NCBI GenBank assembly: GCA_050916045.1
Contig: CP051526.1
Coordinates: forward strand, 2,016,001-2,080,000
From: Tepidisphaera sp.
GTDB taxonomy: Bacteria > Planctomycetota > Phycisphaerae > Phycisphaerales > UBA1924
Length of the DNA: 64,000 nucleotides
Direction: 5' to 3'
Position 1 is the first letter of the stretch. The number at the start of each line of letters is the position of its first letter. The notes beneath the pieces are model-generated. The model did not search any database. It was given only the letters and a program-made list of their open reading frames with translations, and had not been told where the DNA came from. Positions 47,167 through 60,138 of this stretch are shown here, in pieces. Made by a program: the position numbers and the translations under genes.

Positions 47167-48357
47167 ATGAACGAACTTCTGCTTCTCGCTACCACAGTGA
47201 CCTCGAATCCCGCCGACCTCAAGATTTGGGCGTACGTCGCGTTCGTGGGCCTGGTGATCGTGTTCCTGGCGCTGGATCTCGGCGTGTTTCACCGGGAAGC
47301 CCACGAAGTCGCGATGAAGGAGGCGGTGACGTGGTCCATCATCTGGCTGACCTGCGGGCTCGCGTTCAGCGGGTTCGTGTACATGGCCTATGAGAACCAC
47401 TGGCTGGGGCTGGGGCTCGAGACAGCCAAGTACAGCACGTCGGAGGCGATCAAGGCGGGTGCGCCGCTCATCGTGTCCGGAGAGGTGCAGGGGATGGAAG
47501 CGGCCAAACAGTACCTGGTGGGATATGTGGTCGAGAAGTCGCTTGCGATGGACAACATCTTTGTCATCGCGCTGATCTTCTCGTTCTTTGCGGTACCGGC
47601 AAAGTACCAGCACCGCGTGCTTTTCTGGGGCATCATCGGCGCGCTGGTGATGCGTGGCGGGATGATCTTCCTGGGCGCCGGCCTGATCATGAAGTACCAG
47701 TGGATCCTGATCGTGTTCGGCGGGTTCCTGATTCTGACGGCGCTGAAGATGGCCCTGCTCAAGGGGAATGACGACGTCTCACAGAACATCGCGGTGCGCA
47801 TGTGCAAGAAGTTCTTCAGGGTGACCGAGTTCTACGACGGACAGAAGTTCTTCACCAAGAGGACGCTCAAGCCGACGTACAGCAAGGATGCCAGCGGGAA
47901 GGAAGTGATGGATCCGGCACCGGCGGGCTCGCTGAGCGCCAAGTGGGCCATCACGCCTCTGTTCCTGGCGTTGATTCTGGTCGAGATCACGGACCTGGTG
48001 TTCGCGGTGGACTCGATCCCGGCGATCTTCGCGATCACGCCGGATCCCTTCATCGTGTTCACGAGCAACATCTTCGCGATCCTCGGGCTGCGGGCGCTGT
48101 ACTTCTGCCTGGCCGCCCTCATCCAGAAGTTCCGGTTCCTCAAGCCGGCTCTGATCCTGATCCTGGCGTTCGTGGGCGTCAAGCTGCTGCTGCTCAGCGT
48201 TCCGCCCTATCTGGATGTAATCGGGATGACCAAGGCCGATCCGATCAAGATCGACACGACGGTGTCGCTGCTGGTCGTCGTCGGCACGCTGGCCCTGGCA
48301 ACCGTGCTCAGCATCGCGATCCCGCCCAAGGGTCAGACGCCGGAGAAGCGGGCCTGA
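47167..48357 (+). CDS. terC: TerC/Alx-family membrane protein
   Basis: LALDLGVF, EKSLAMDNIFV, QHRVLFWG, DLVFAVDSIPA, FTSNIFAILGLRALY. Confidence 0.95.
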   Translation: MNELLLLATTVTSNPADLKIWAYVAFVGLVIVFLALDLGVFHREAHEVAMKEAVTWSIIWLTCGLAFSGFVYMAYENHWLGLGLETAKYSTSEAIKAGAPLIVSGEVQGMEAAKQYLVGYVVEKSLAMDNIFVIALIFSFFAVPAKYQHRVLFWGIIGALVMRGGMIFLGAGLIMKYQWILIVFGGFLILTALKMALLKGNDDVSQNIAVRMCKKFFRVTEFYDGQKFFTKRTLKPTYSKDASGKEVMDPAPAGSLSAKWAITPLFLALILVEITDLVFAVDSIPAIFAITPDPFIVFTSNIFAILGLRALYFCLAALIQKFRFLKPALILILAFVGVKLLLLSVPPYLDVIGMTKADPIKIDTTVSLLVVVGTLALATVLSIAIPPKGQTPEKRA

Positions 48358-48398
48358 GGGTTTGATTGGTACGAGATCACGCCGATCGAGAAGATCTC

Positions 48399-49238
48399 AT
48401 GAACATCCGCAAGCTGGTCGAATCCGCGCCTTTCAACCGGTTCGTCGTTGCCGTCATCCTGATCAACGCGATGCTCATCGGCCTGAGCACGTACTTGACG
48501 GATGCGACGGCGCTTCGGGCGATCGCGGCGATCGAGACTGTGTGTGTCGGCATCTATGTCGTGGAGATCGTGCTGCGGTTTATCGCTCGCGACTCGACGA
48601 AGGCGTTCTTCCGCGACGGCTGGAACATCTTTGATCTCGTGATCGTCATCGCGGCGCTCATTCCGGCGTCCAACGGCATCGGACCCGTGCTTCGCATCCT
48701 CAGGGTGTTCCGCGTGCTTCGGCTGATCAAGACCATCCCGGAGCTGCGGCTGATCGTCACGGTGCTGCTCCGCTCGGTGGCGAGCATGAAGTACGTCTCG
48801 CTGCTAGCGGCGATCCTCTTCTACGTCTATGCGGTCATCGGCGTGAAGCTGTTCGGGAGCGAAGGCCACCCAGCGCAGCCCTACTTCGCCAGCATCCACG
48901 AAGCGTGCTTCACGCTCTTCCGCATCCTCACCGGCGATGACTGGACGCAAATGCGGTATGAGGTTGCCCAGGCGGGTCATCCGCTGGCGGCGTTCACGGC
49001 CTATCAGGTGTCGTGGATCGTGGTCGCGACGTTCCTGCTCGTGAACCTGATCGTTGGTGCCGTCATCAACAACTACCAGAAGGTGCAGGACATCGAAGAC
49101 CACCGTGCGCTCGCGCCGGATACGAGCGAGCGGCGGTTGCGCGAACTCGTTCGGGAGCTCGATGCGATCCTGATCGCCCGTGCGCAAGAAGTGTCCGGGA
49201 ACGTCAATCGGTCGTCGACGGGAGCCAGCGGCGTCTAG
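48399..49238 (+). CDS. Bacterial 6-TM voltage-gated cation channel (BacNav-like), filter TGDDW
   Basis: WNIFD, S4 RILRVFRVLRLIK, pore FRILTGDDW, S6 NLIVGAVIN. Confidence 0.92.
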   Translation: MNIRKLVESAPFNRFVVAVILINAMLIGLSTYLTDATALRAIAAIETVCVGIYVVEIVLRFIARDSTKAFFRDGWNIFDLVIVIAALIPASNGIGPVLRILRVFRVLRLIKTIPELRLIVTVLLRSVASMKYVSLLAAILFYVYAVIGVKLFGSEGHPAQPYFASIHEACFTLFRILTGDDWTQMRYEVAQAGHPLAAFTAYQVSWIVVATFLLVNLIVGAVINNYQKVQDIEDHRALAPDTSERRLRELVRELDAILIARAQEVSGNVNRSSTGASGV

Positions 49239-49347
49239 GACGTACGGAAGTCAGCGATGGCGCGTCAGTCTCCATGAGCTGCGTGACGCTCGGCGAACGG
49301 CTTGTTGCTGGCCGGTGGACACTGACGCCCGCCAGAGGGACTCCCCG

Positions 49348-52128
<2,781 letters not shown>

Positions 52129-52426
52129 GAGCGGGCAGTGTACGGAACGGCGGGTCGTGGTGCCCCCTGGGCCGATCCGAAAGCCGGCAATCACAAGCGG
52201 CGAGATTTCGGACCCTAACGCCCTCCAAGGACGTTCGCGTGGGTTCGCTGTCGTGTCGACGGGGAGCTCTTGGTGGCCCCGGCGGATCCCCCAGAGACAT
52301 CGGGGTTTGATGACGGCCAGTCCACCCGTCAGAATCGCGGTCAGCGATGGTGCGCGACGAGGGCGATGTGCGACATGGCAAGTGGGCGACGCTCGACCGC
52401 TGGCCAGGCCCCCACTCCTCACACGT

Positions 52427-53236
52427 TCATGCGTCCCCGAAAACCCGCCGCCGCAGCAGCCGCATGTCGAGCGGGATGAGAGCGATCAGCAGCAGCAGGC
52501 AGAGGCCCGCGGAAGCGGCGAGGTGCCACGTGGGTTTGCCTTCCAGGAGGAGCCAGCGGAGGCCTTCGGCGAGATGGTGGAGCGGGTTGAGCAGGGCGAC
52601 TTCGCGAAGGCCGGCGACATCGGGGAGGGGGAAGTAGGTGCTTGAAGCGAAGGCGATGGGCATAATGACGAGGAAGAAGGGCAAGCTCATGTGGTCGATG
52701 CTGGGGAGGATCGACGTGAAGAAGAGCCCCACCGCCGAGAAGGCGAGAGCGGTCAAGAACAGAATGGGAATGGTGGCGGGGAGCCAGGCCCAGTGCAGCG
52801 AGAGCTGGCCCGCGAGGCCGAAGGCGGCGAGGACGATGCAGACGACGGCCGCGTAGGACGTTGCGAGCGTGGCGGCCCAGAACGCTTCGCCCCACACGAC
52901 GTGCTCGAGGCGGACCTGCGTGGTGAGCTGTCCTTCCCAGGATTTCTGGAATCGCATGCGGATGAAAGCGGCGAAGAGGGACTGAAAGAACGCGGACATG
53001 AACGCGGTGTACGCGAGGATGCCGGGGGCGAGGTAGTGCATGTAGTTGAGGTCGCGCTCGTGCCAGCGGAGCGTGCCCATCTGGCTTCCGAGACCCAGGC
53101 CGAAGGTGAGCAGCATGATGAGCGGCTCGCAGACGGGGGGGAGGGTGACGGTGTGCCAGTTGCGGAGGTGGACGCGGACGTGGCGGGAGAGAACGGCCCG
53201 GCTTTGCCATTGAAAGGCGGCGGCGAGAACGGTCAT
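52427..53236 (-). CDS. ABC-2 type transporter permease (NodJ-like)
   Basis: Six TM helices, YMHYLAPG, STYFP, LNPLHH. Confidence 0.88.
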   Translation of the reverse strand: MTVLAAAFQWQSRAVLSRHVRVHLRNWHTVTLPPVCEPLIMLLTFGLGLGSQMGTLRWHERDLNYMHYLAPGILAYTAFMSAFFQSLFAAFIRMRFQKSWEGQLTTQVRLEHVVWGEAFWAATLATSYAAVVCIVLAAFGLAGQLSLHWAWLPATIPILFLTALAFSAVGLFFTSILPSIDHMSLPFFLVIMPIAFASSTYFPLPDVAGLREVALLNPLHHLAEGLRWLLLEGKPTWHLAASAGLCLLLLIALIPLDMRLLRRRVFGDA

Positions 53237-54165
53237 GAAGCGGCCTCCCCAGAGAGGGCGGGAAAGAGGTCGTCGAGCGTGGGCGGGCGAACCTGATAGG
53301 GAAGATCAGGGAACGCGGCGACGAACGAAGCGAGCGTGCGGCCGTCGAGGGGGATGTGCCAGTCGCTGAGGATCTGCGAAGGGCGGGCGGGGCGGTGAGG
53401 CACGGGGGGATTGCGGAACCACGCGAGCGCGGCTTCGGCGTTGGGCGCGGCGGCGGGGAGGATGAGGACGTGTTCGCCGACGACATCGCCGAGGACGGCC
53501 GCGGGTGACCCGCTGGCGCGGACTCGGCCGGCTTGGATCACCTGCAAACGGTCGGAAAGCTTCGCGGCTTCGTCCATGTAGTGGGTCGTGAGGACGATGC
53601 CCAGGCCTTCGGCGCGGAGTGAGCTGATGAGCTCCCAGACGGCGACGCGGGCTTGGGGGTCCAGGCCGGTGGTGGGTTCGTCGAGGAAGACGACGTGCGG
53701 CTGGTGGATGATGGAGCGAGCGATCATCAAGCGGCGTTTGTAGCCGCCGGAAAGCGTGTCGGGCTTGTGATCGGCGTACTCGCGGAGGCCGAAGCGGTCC
53801 AGGACGCTTTCGATGCGAGCGCCAAGGTCGTGCTGCCGCGGTCGGAAGTAGCGGCCGGTCTGCACGAGGTTGCCGCGGACGGTGAAGTCGGCGTCGAAGG
53901 TGTCGTCCTGCGTGCAAACGCCGAGCCGGCGACGGGCGAGGTCGGGTTCACGTTCGAGGTCATGTCCGGCGATGCGGATGGTGCCGCGATCGGCTCGCAG
54001 GTAGCCGTAGCACATGCGGAGCGTGGTGGTCTTGCCGGCGCCGTTGGGGCCCAGAAGGCCGAGAACCTCACCGGCGGAGCAGGTGAGATCGATGCCGTGG
54101 ACCACGGGCTTGCCGCCGAGAGATTTCTCGAGGCCGATCGCTTGGAGAACTGGGGTGGAGCTCAT
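53233..54165 (-). CDS. ABC transporter ATP-binding protein (NodI-like)
   Basis: GPNGAGKTT, LSGG, LDEPTTGLDP, TTHYMDEA. Confidence 0.93.
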   Translation of the reverse strand: MSSTPVLQAIGLEKSLGGKPVVHGIDLTCSAGEVLGLLGPNGAGKTTTLRMCYGYLRADRGTIRIAGHDLEREPDLARRRLGVCTQDDTFDADFTVRGNLVQTGRYFRPRQHDLGARIESVLDRFGLREYADHKPDTLSGGYKRRLMIARSIIHQPHVVFLDEPTTGLDPQARVAVWELISSLRAEGLGIVLTTHYMDEAAKLSDRLQVIQAGRVRASGSPAAVLGDVVGEHVLILPAAAPNAEAALAWFRNPPVPHRPARPSQILSDWHIPLDGRTLASFVAAFPDLPYQVRPPTLDDLFPALSGEAAS

Positions 54166-54232
54166 GGGTATCAATCGGAACTGTTCGTCACTGTCGTTGG
54201 GGAGAAAGGCGTACCGGTTTCGGAGCGTCAGG

Positions 54233-54706
54233 TCAGCCCCTGACGGCGGCCTCAATCTTGGCAATGTCGATCTTCTGCATCTCCATCATGGCGGCGAAGG
54301 CGCGTTTGGCGATGTTGCCGCCCCTGGCCATGGCTTCGGAAAGGGCGCGTGGGGTGATCTGCCAGGAGAGGCCCCACTTGTCCTTGCACCAGCCGCACAT
54401 GCTCTCCTGGCCGCCATTGTTCACGATGGCGTTCCAGTAGCGGTCGGTTTCTGCTTGATCCTCGGTGGCGATCTGGAAGGAGAAGGCTTCGGAGTGCTTG
54501 AAGGCGGTGCCGCCGTTGAGACCCAGGCACGGGATGCCGCAGACGGTGAAGTCGACGGTCAGGACTTGGCCGGCTTTCCCGCCGGGGTAGTCTGCGGGTG
54601 CGCGATGGACCGCGAGGACCTTGCTGCCCGGGAAGGTCTTGGCGTAGAAGTTGGCGGCTTCCTCGGCGTCGTGGTTGTACCAGAGGCAGATGGTGTTCTT
54701 GTGCAT
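54233..54706 (-). CDS. VOC/PhnB-like protein (3-demethylubiquinone-9 3-methyltransferase family)
   Basis: ICLWY..DAEEAA.FY, LNGG, CGWCKDKWGLSWQI. Confidence 0.9.
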   Translation of the reverse strand: MHKNTICLWYNHDAEEAANFYAKTFPGSKVLAVHRAPADYPGGKAGQVLTVDFTVCGIPCLGLNGGTAFKHSEAFSFQIATEDQAETDRYWNAIVNNGGQESMCGWCKDKWGLSWQITPRALSEAMARGGNIAKRAFAAMMEMQKIDIAKIEAAVRG

Positions 54707-55156
54707 GGGAGGTTCCTGAGGAGCGATGTTGCTCGGCGACATCGAGGTGCTGATTTTACCTCTGACTTGCCTGCCGACCCTCGTTCAAAGGAGCAGGGCC
54801 ACGTCCACTTCTGTCGGGGATAGGCTCGCTGAGACGAGCGGTTGTAGGCATGCAACGGATTGTCACAATCGCGCGGCAAAGCCGACCTCGCGAGGGTTGA
54901 GCATGTGCCACGATGTCGCTTGATACAGGCGAAACGGCGCGTGATCCTTCCGGCATTGGCAAGGGGTGGCTCCCACGCAGCAAAGGAAGGTTCGTCTGCG
55001 TAGAATGCACCGTCAAGCACACAGAGTTCGACGCCTTTGCGTCGCATCTCAAGAACCATCGCCCAACTCCGGTTCTCCTTCGTGGGGGGACCAATCTGCC
55101 TGGGACCACAAGGCGGACAGGGACTCGGCCTTCTGCGTAGCCGGAGGATCTGTCTC

Positions 55157-55495
55157 ATGTCAAATGTCCCTCCATCGGCCGACATTCCGGCGGGTGCGAC
55201 CCCGCTCCTCGTTTACATCCACGCGAGATTTCGCGAGGTGTTCGGCGCACCGAACAGCATGCTCGCGATGGACAGCCAATGGTCTCTGCGTTCGCACGCG
55301 GAGGCACCGGCGATCTTCGTGCTTGTGAACGGGTCGTACGAGAAGCCCGCGGTCTGGGTGTTCGATCCTTTCGCGACAGAGAATGTGTGGCGGACTTCGA
55401 TCACGACCAACGCGGAAGTAGATCGGGCGATCGAGGAGATCAGTCACCGAACGGCGCGGGCGACGAGGCTGTGGCCAGCGGCACCGAAGGAGTAA
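55157..55495 (+). CDS. Hypothetical protein
   Basis: GGAGG SD; 112-aa ORF directly upstream of the kinase. Confidence 0.55.
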   Translation: MSNVPPSADIPAGATPLLVYIHARFREVFGAPNSMLAMDSQWSLRSHAEAPAIFVLVNGSYEKPAVWVFDPFATENVWRTSITTNAEVDRAIEEISHRTARATRLWPAAPKE

Positions 55496-55520
55496 GTCGT
55501 TTCATATCGGAGGAGTCCGC

Positions 55521-56753
55521 ATGGATCCCATGCTTGGCAGACTGTCCGCGGACGTCGATCGACATTCCCGGTACTTCGCGAAGCGGCGCTTTCCTGAGCT
55601 TGCGAGGGCGCTGCATGCGGCGGTCCCCGCGACGGTTCGTCGCTGGCGATCCCAAAGCCTCGCGGTGATGCCCTATCTGGACGCACTGTCGAGAGCCGGC
55701 TTTGAGAACTCGATCGCGACGACGCTCCACCTGTTAGCCAACGCGCTGGAGTGCGACGATCCCGCGCGGCTTTGGAAGCTGATGGAGGAGTCTCCGGAGC
55801 ACGGCCTGCTTCGGTTCGTGCAGCAACTGGGGCCGCAGACGCTTCTGGCAGAGGAGCGGATTCTGCGTTCGTCGGTGGTGACGGAGCTTCGGCTTGAACT
55901 GGGGCGCGTGCCGACGACCGACGAGGACGCAGCGCTGCACGACCTGCTGAGCATGATGGGTGAGTTCAGCCTGCTGGCGATGATCGGGAAGCGAGGGGAG
56001 GCCCGAGATCGAGAGATCCAGGTGCGGATTTCGGGGCTGCACCGTCTCGCGGATCTTGGGACGCTGGTGGCGGGCGTGGCGCACGATGCGTCAAACATGT
56101 TCCTTCCGCTTCGGATGCGGCTTGAGCATCTGATGGACGCAAACCTGCCGCCGGACCTTCGGGAGGATCTGGTCTCGATCGAGCTGATGGTGCGGCAGTT
56201 CCAGAACTCGATCGTGAATCTGCGTTGGCTTTCGGTGGATTCGACCCAGGGCCGGGCATCATCGCCGACGCCGCGTGCGGGCATCTCGCTCTCGCTGCAT
56301 GAATGGGCCGCGGACATCCACCTGTTTCATCAGAAGATGCTCCCGCCGAGCGTGACGCTTCTGATTGACGTGCCACCATCGCTTCCGCGTGCGGGGATCT
56401 CCTCGGCGGCACTGTCGCAAGCGACGTTCAATCTGATTCACAACGCGAGTCAGGCGATCTGTTCTCAGGGCGCGGGGGCCGCCGGGGTTATCGCGATACG
56501 GGCGGAAGCGGTTTCTGAAGGGTTCGTGAGAATCATCGTGGAGGACGACGGTCCGGGTATGTCGGAGGAGGTTCTGCGCCGGAGCGCGGAGCCGTTCTTC
56601 ACAACGCGAGCGAATGGGAGCGGCCTTGGGCTCGCTTTGGTGCGGGCGCTGGTCGAGGAATGCGGGGGGAGCGTCGGCCTGATCTCGCCTCCGCCTGGGA
56701 AGCCGAAGGGAACGGCGGCTGTGATGACGATTCCGGTCGCCGTCGCTTTGTGA
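55521..56753 (+). CDS. Soluble sensor histidine kinase with helical (RsbRD_N-like) N-terminus
   Basis: H-box VAHDASN, NLIHNA, DDGPG, EPFFTT, GSGLGL. Confidence 0.9.
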   Translation: MDPMLGRLSADVDRHSRYFAKRRFPELARALHAAVPATVRRWRSQSLAVMPYLDALSRAGFENSIATTLHLLANALECDDPARLWKLMEESPEHGLLRFVQQLGPQTLLAEERILRSSVVTELRLELGRVPTTDEDAALHDLLSMMGEFSLLAMIGKRGEARDREIQVRISGLHRLADLGTLVAGVAHDASNMFLPLRMRLEHLMDANLPPDLREDLVSIELMVRQFQNSIVNLRWLSVDSTQGRASSPTPRAGISLSLHEWAADIHLFHQKMLPPSVTLLIDVPPSLPRAGISSAALSQATFNLIHNASQAICSQGAGAAGVIAIRAEAVSEGFVRIIVEDDGPGMSEEVLRRSAEPFFTTRANGSGLGLALVRALVEECGGSVGLISPPPGKPKGTAAVMTIPVAVAL

Positions 56754-56795
56754 GCGGAGGGCGGTCGGGGAGCATTTCGGCGAGTATTCTGGGGC

Positions 56796-57800
56796 TCACC
56801 CGGGGTTGAGCAGCTGTGTGGCGGCGTAGATGTACAGCGGGATGCCGATGCCGATGTTGAACGGGAAGGTGACGGCGAGAGCGAGGGGGATGAAGATGCC
56901 TGGGTTGGCTTTCGGGATGACGAGGCGGACGGCGGCGGGGACGGCGATGTAGCTCGCGGAGCCCGCGAGGACCATCAGGAGAGCTCCATCGCCAACGCTC
57001 AGGCCCGCGACCCACGCGCCGAGCAGGGCGAGAGCGGCTCCAACGGGGGGAGCGATCAGACCGAAAGCGATGAGACGCATGCCTGCACGCTTGAGGTCCT
57101 TGATGCGGCGAGCGGCGAGGAGGCCGAGGTCAAGGAGAAAGAAGACGAGGACGCCGCTGAAGAGATCCGTGCAGAGCGGCTTGAACGCTTGGTAGCCGCG
57201 TTCGCCGGTGATCATGCCGATGATCATGGATCCAAGGAGCAGGAGCACAGGGCCGTTGAGAAGGGCTTCGTGGAGGAGCTTGCCCCAGGCGGTGCGGCCG
57301 GCCTCAGGGTCCCGGTCGCACCAGTTGAGGAGGATGACGGCGATGACGATGGCCGGGCTTTCCATGAGCGCCATACAGGCGACCATGTGACCGCCGTAGG
57401 GGATGTTCTGGCTGGTGAGGACAGTGCAGGCGGTGACGAAGGTGACGGCGGAGACCGAGCCGTAGCTCGCGGCGACGGCGGCCGCGTCGGCGGCGGCGAT
57501 CCAGCGGCGGAGGAGGAAGAAGACGGCGACGGGCATGACGCAGGCGAGGCCGACGGCGATCGCGAGAGCGGCGAGGGCGTCGGCGTGGAGGCCACCCTGC
57601 ACGAGCTTGACGCCGCCCTGGAACCCGATAGCCCAGAGCAGGTAGAGGGACAGGAGCTTGGTGACCGCTTTGGGGATCGAGAGGGTGCTTCGGACGATCG
57701 CGGCGATCATGCCGAGGAAGAAGAAAAGGACAGGCGGGCTCGCGCCGAGGATGCCGGCGACGGAGGAGAGTGCTGCGGAAGTTTCGGACGGACCCGCCAT
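56796..57800 (-). CDS. sbtA: Sodium-dependent bicarbonate transporter family permease
   Basis: PPVLFF, YGSVSAVTF, MESPAI, FLLDLG, SASYIAVPAA, TFPFNI. Confidence 0.93.
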   Translation of the reverse strand: MAGPSETSAALSSVAGILGASPPVLFFFLGMIAAIVRSTLSIPKAVTKLLSLYLLWAIGFQGGVKLVQGGLHADALAALAIAVGLACVMPVAVFFLLRRWIAAADAAAVAASYGSVSAVTFVTACTVLTSQNIPYGGHMVACMALMESPAIVIAVILLNWCDRDPEAGRTAWGKLLHEALLNGPVLLLLGSMIIGMITGERGYQAFKPLCTDLFSGVLVFFLLDLGLLAARRIKDLKRAGMRLIAFGLIAPPVGAALALLGAWVAGLSVGDGALLMVLAGSASYIAVPAAVRLVIPKANPGIFIPLALAVTFPFNIGIGIPLYIYAATQLLNPG

Positions 57801-58018
57801 CGGAGGCCTCTCTGGATGGTGCGCGGGCCGATGCCGGGCATCTCGGCGCCGTGAAACGCGCGGTGCAGGGCGGGGGCGTTGGCGCTGGACTTTGGCGCGG
57901 AGCGGGGCAAGATTGAATGCGATCGGACCCACGAAGCCCGATTGCCGAATCCTGACACACGAATCGCTCTTCGCATATCTTTCCCGCTTCGCCCCGCGAG
58001 TCAAGTGGAGTCCGCATC

Positions 58019-58402
58019 ATGCCCCCAAGAGCTGCCAAGCCCGCTCGCGTCCCCAAAGCCGTCGCCGGCGAGCGTTGGGCGCCGGTTCCGAGTCCTCGCA
58101 AGCGGGCGGGATCGGAGGGGTGGACCTTCCTGACGAATCACTCGCATGTGCTGGTGTGTCTGATTCAGGACCCCGGGGCGCGGCTTCGGGATGTTGCAGA
58201 CCGGATCGGGATCACGGAGCGAGCGGTGCAAAAGATCGTGCTCGATCTTGAGACGGCGAAGGTGCTTCGCCGTGTGCGCGAGGGGCGACGGAACCGGTAC
58301 AAGATCCAGCTTGAGCTGCCGCTCCGGCACTCGGTAGAGGCGCACTGCACGATCCGAGACCTGTTCGCGCCGATCGCGGGGCTGGACGGTCCAACGAAGT
58401 AG
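58019..58402 (+). CDS. Small winged-helix regulator divergent from sbtA
   Basis: WTFLTNHSHVL...RLRDVADRIGITERAVQKIV...GRRNRY...LRH. Confidence 0.88.
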   Translation: MPPRAAKPARVPKAVAGERWAPVPSPRKRAGSEGWTFLTNHSHVLVCLIQDPGARLRDVADRIGITERAVQKIVLDLETAKVLRRVREGRRNRYKIQLELPLRHSVEAHCTIRDLFAPIAGLDGPTK

Positions 58403-58441
58403 GGCTGGAGCGTCTGCGCTGCGCCGGACGCTCCGGGGCTT

Positions 58442-60079
58442 CTAGACCGTCCAGGTTTTCTTCGGTCCGGTGACGCCGAGCTTCTTCCGGAGGAGGTCGG
58501 CGTCGATCGTGAGCTGGGTGAGCGATTCAGGCGAGAAGCGGTCGAGGTTTTGAAGGATCATGGTCATGCGCTGGTTGCCGGCGAGCTTGTCGCGGTTGCG
58601 AGCGAGGAAGTCCCAGTAGAAGACGGTGAAGGGGCAGGCCGCGGGCCCGGAGCGCTCGGCGGGGTCGTAGCGGCAGGTGGAGCAATAGTTGCTCATGCGT
58701 TCGATGTATTTGCCGCTTGCGGCGTAGGGCTTGGTGCCGACGAGGCCCGTGACGCCGCGCGGGGCGCGGGGGCGGCGATCCGCGTGCATGACCATGCCGA
58801 GAGCGTTGGGGAGCGTGACCCAGTCGATGCCGTCGATGAACATGCCGAGGTACCAGTCACTGACGGCTCGCGGGTGAACGCCGGCGAGGAGGGCGAAGTT
58901 GCCGGTGACCATGAGACGCTGGATGTGGTGGCCGAAGCCGGTGGAAAGAACTTGGCCGATGCACGCTTTCATGCAGGCCATGTCGGTTTCGCCGGTCCAG
59001 TACATGGGTGGGAGTGTGCCGAGCTGGTCGAGGCTATTACGGTCGGCATACCCGGGGCCCTCGAGCCAGTAGACGCCGCGGATGAACTCTCGCCAGCCGA
59101 TGAGCTGACGGACGAAAGCTTCGACGGACTGGAGCGTGGCTTTCCCGGCTTCAAGGGCCTGCACGGCGCGTTCGCAGCACTCGCGGGGGTTGAGGAGCTT
59201 GATATTCAATGAGCTTGAGAGGGTGGAGTGGTAGAGGGTGGGCTCACCGGTCCACATGGCGTCTTCGTACGGGCCGAACTGGTCGAGACGGTGGGTAATA
59301 AAGTCGTCGAGAGCGGCGAGGGCCTGGGTGCGGGTGACGGGCCACGCGAAGGGCTCCGCGATGCCGGGCAGGTCTGGGAGGACGCGGCGCACGAGTTTGG
59401 TGACCGCTTGCGTGATGGCGTCGGGCGGGAAGGAAGCCGGCGGGCGAGGGCGAGGGCTTGGTCCTTGCTTGCCAAAGGGGAGGCGGTTGAGTTTGTCGAA
59501 GTTCCACTCGCCGCCTTCGGGTTTGCCGGCTTTGCCGGTGCCGGTCATGAGGTAGCCGGTCTTTCGCCGTTGCTCGCGGTAGAAGAACTCCATGGTGAGG
59601 GAAGTGCGTCCCTTGGCCCAGGCGGCGAACTCCTCGGGCGTGGTGATGAAGTGATCGTCGGGAAGGATGGTGAGGGGGACGCCGATGGCGTCGCGGACGC
59701 GTTCGAGCATGTCGAGCACACGCCATTCGCCCGGGAGGATGGCGCCGATCTCCGAGGGGCGGAGGGCTTTGGCAGCGCGGAGGATCTCGGATTCGAGGGT
59801 GCCGGTGTTCTCGGGCTCGTCGAGGTTGATGTAGCGGACGGAGAGACCTTTGCGGCGGAGGGCGTCCGCGAAGTGTCGCATCGCCGAAAGGAAGAGAATG
59901 GTGCGTTGGTAGTGGCTCGGAACGTGGGTGGATTCGGCGGCGGCTTCCACCATGAGGATGGTGTCGGCGGGGGTTGCGGAGCGGACGAGCGCCGAATCCG
60001 CGTCGAGTTGGTCGCCGAAGAGGACGAGCAGACGAGTGTGCTTTGGCTTGGTGGAAGCGGAGGGCGCGGAGCGGGGCAT
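58442..60079 (-). CDS. FeS-cluster cryptochrome/photolyase (FeS-BCP, bacterial 6-4 photolyase-like)
   Basis: [35 protein letters not shown], Cys in DMAC..YCSTC..ACPF. Confidence 0.93.
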   Translation of the reverse strand: MPRSAPSASTKPKHTRLLVLFGDQLDADSALVRSATPADTILMVEAAAESTHVPSHYQRTILFLSAMRHFADALRRKGLSVRYINLDEPENTGTLESEILRAAKALRPSEIGAILPGEWRVLDMLERVRDAIGVPLTILPDDHFITTPEEFAAWAKGRTSLTMEFFYREQRRKTGYLMTGTGKAGKPEGGEWNFDKLNRLPFGKQGPSPRPRPPASFPPDAITQAVTKLVRRVLPDLPGIAEPFAWPVTRTQALAALDDFITHRLDQFGPYEDAMWTGEPTLYHSTLSSSLNIKLLNPRECCERAVQALEAGKATLQSVEAFVRQLIGWREFIRGVYWLEGPGYADRNSLDQLGTLPPMYWTGETDMACMKACIGQVLSTGFGHHIQRLMVTGNFALLAGVHPRAVSDWYLGMFIDGIDWVTLPNALGMVMHADRRPRAPRGVTGLVGTKPYAASGKYIERMSNYCSTCRYDPAERSGPAACPFTVFYWDFLARNRDKLAGNQRMTMILQNLDRFSPESLTQLTIDADLLRKKLGVTGPKKTWTV

Positions 60080-60138
60080 GCGGCTGGATGGTACGTGAAG
60101 CGATGGGCCGAAGGGCTCGCGAGGGCAAGGAAAGCGTC

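Noticed and set aside
54860..54910. c-di-GMP-I riboswitch (GGCAAA..)
   Set aside because: Remaining conserved elements and the tetraloop/receptor were not found.
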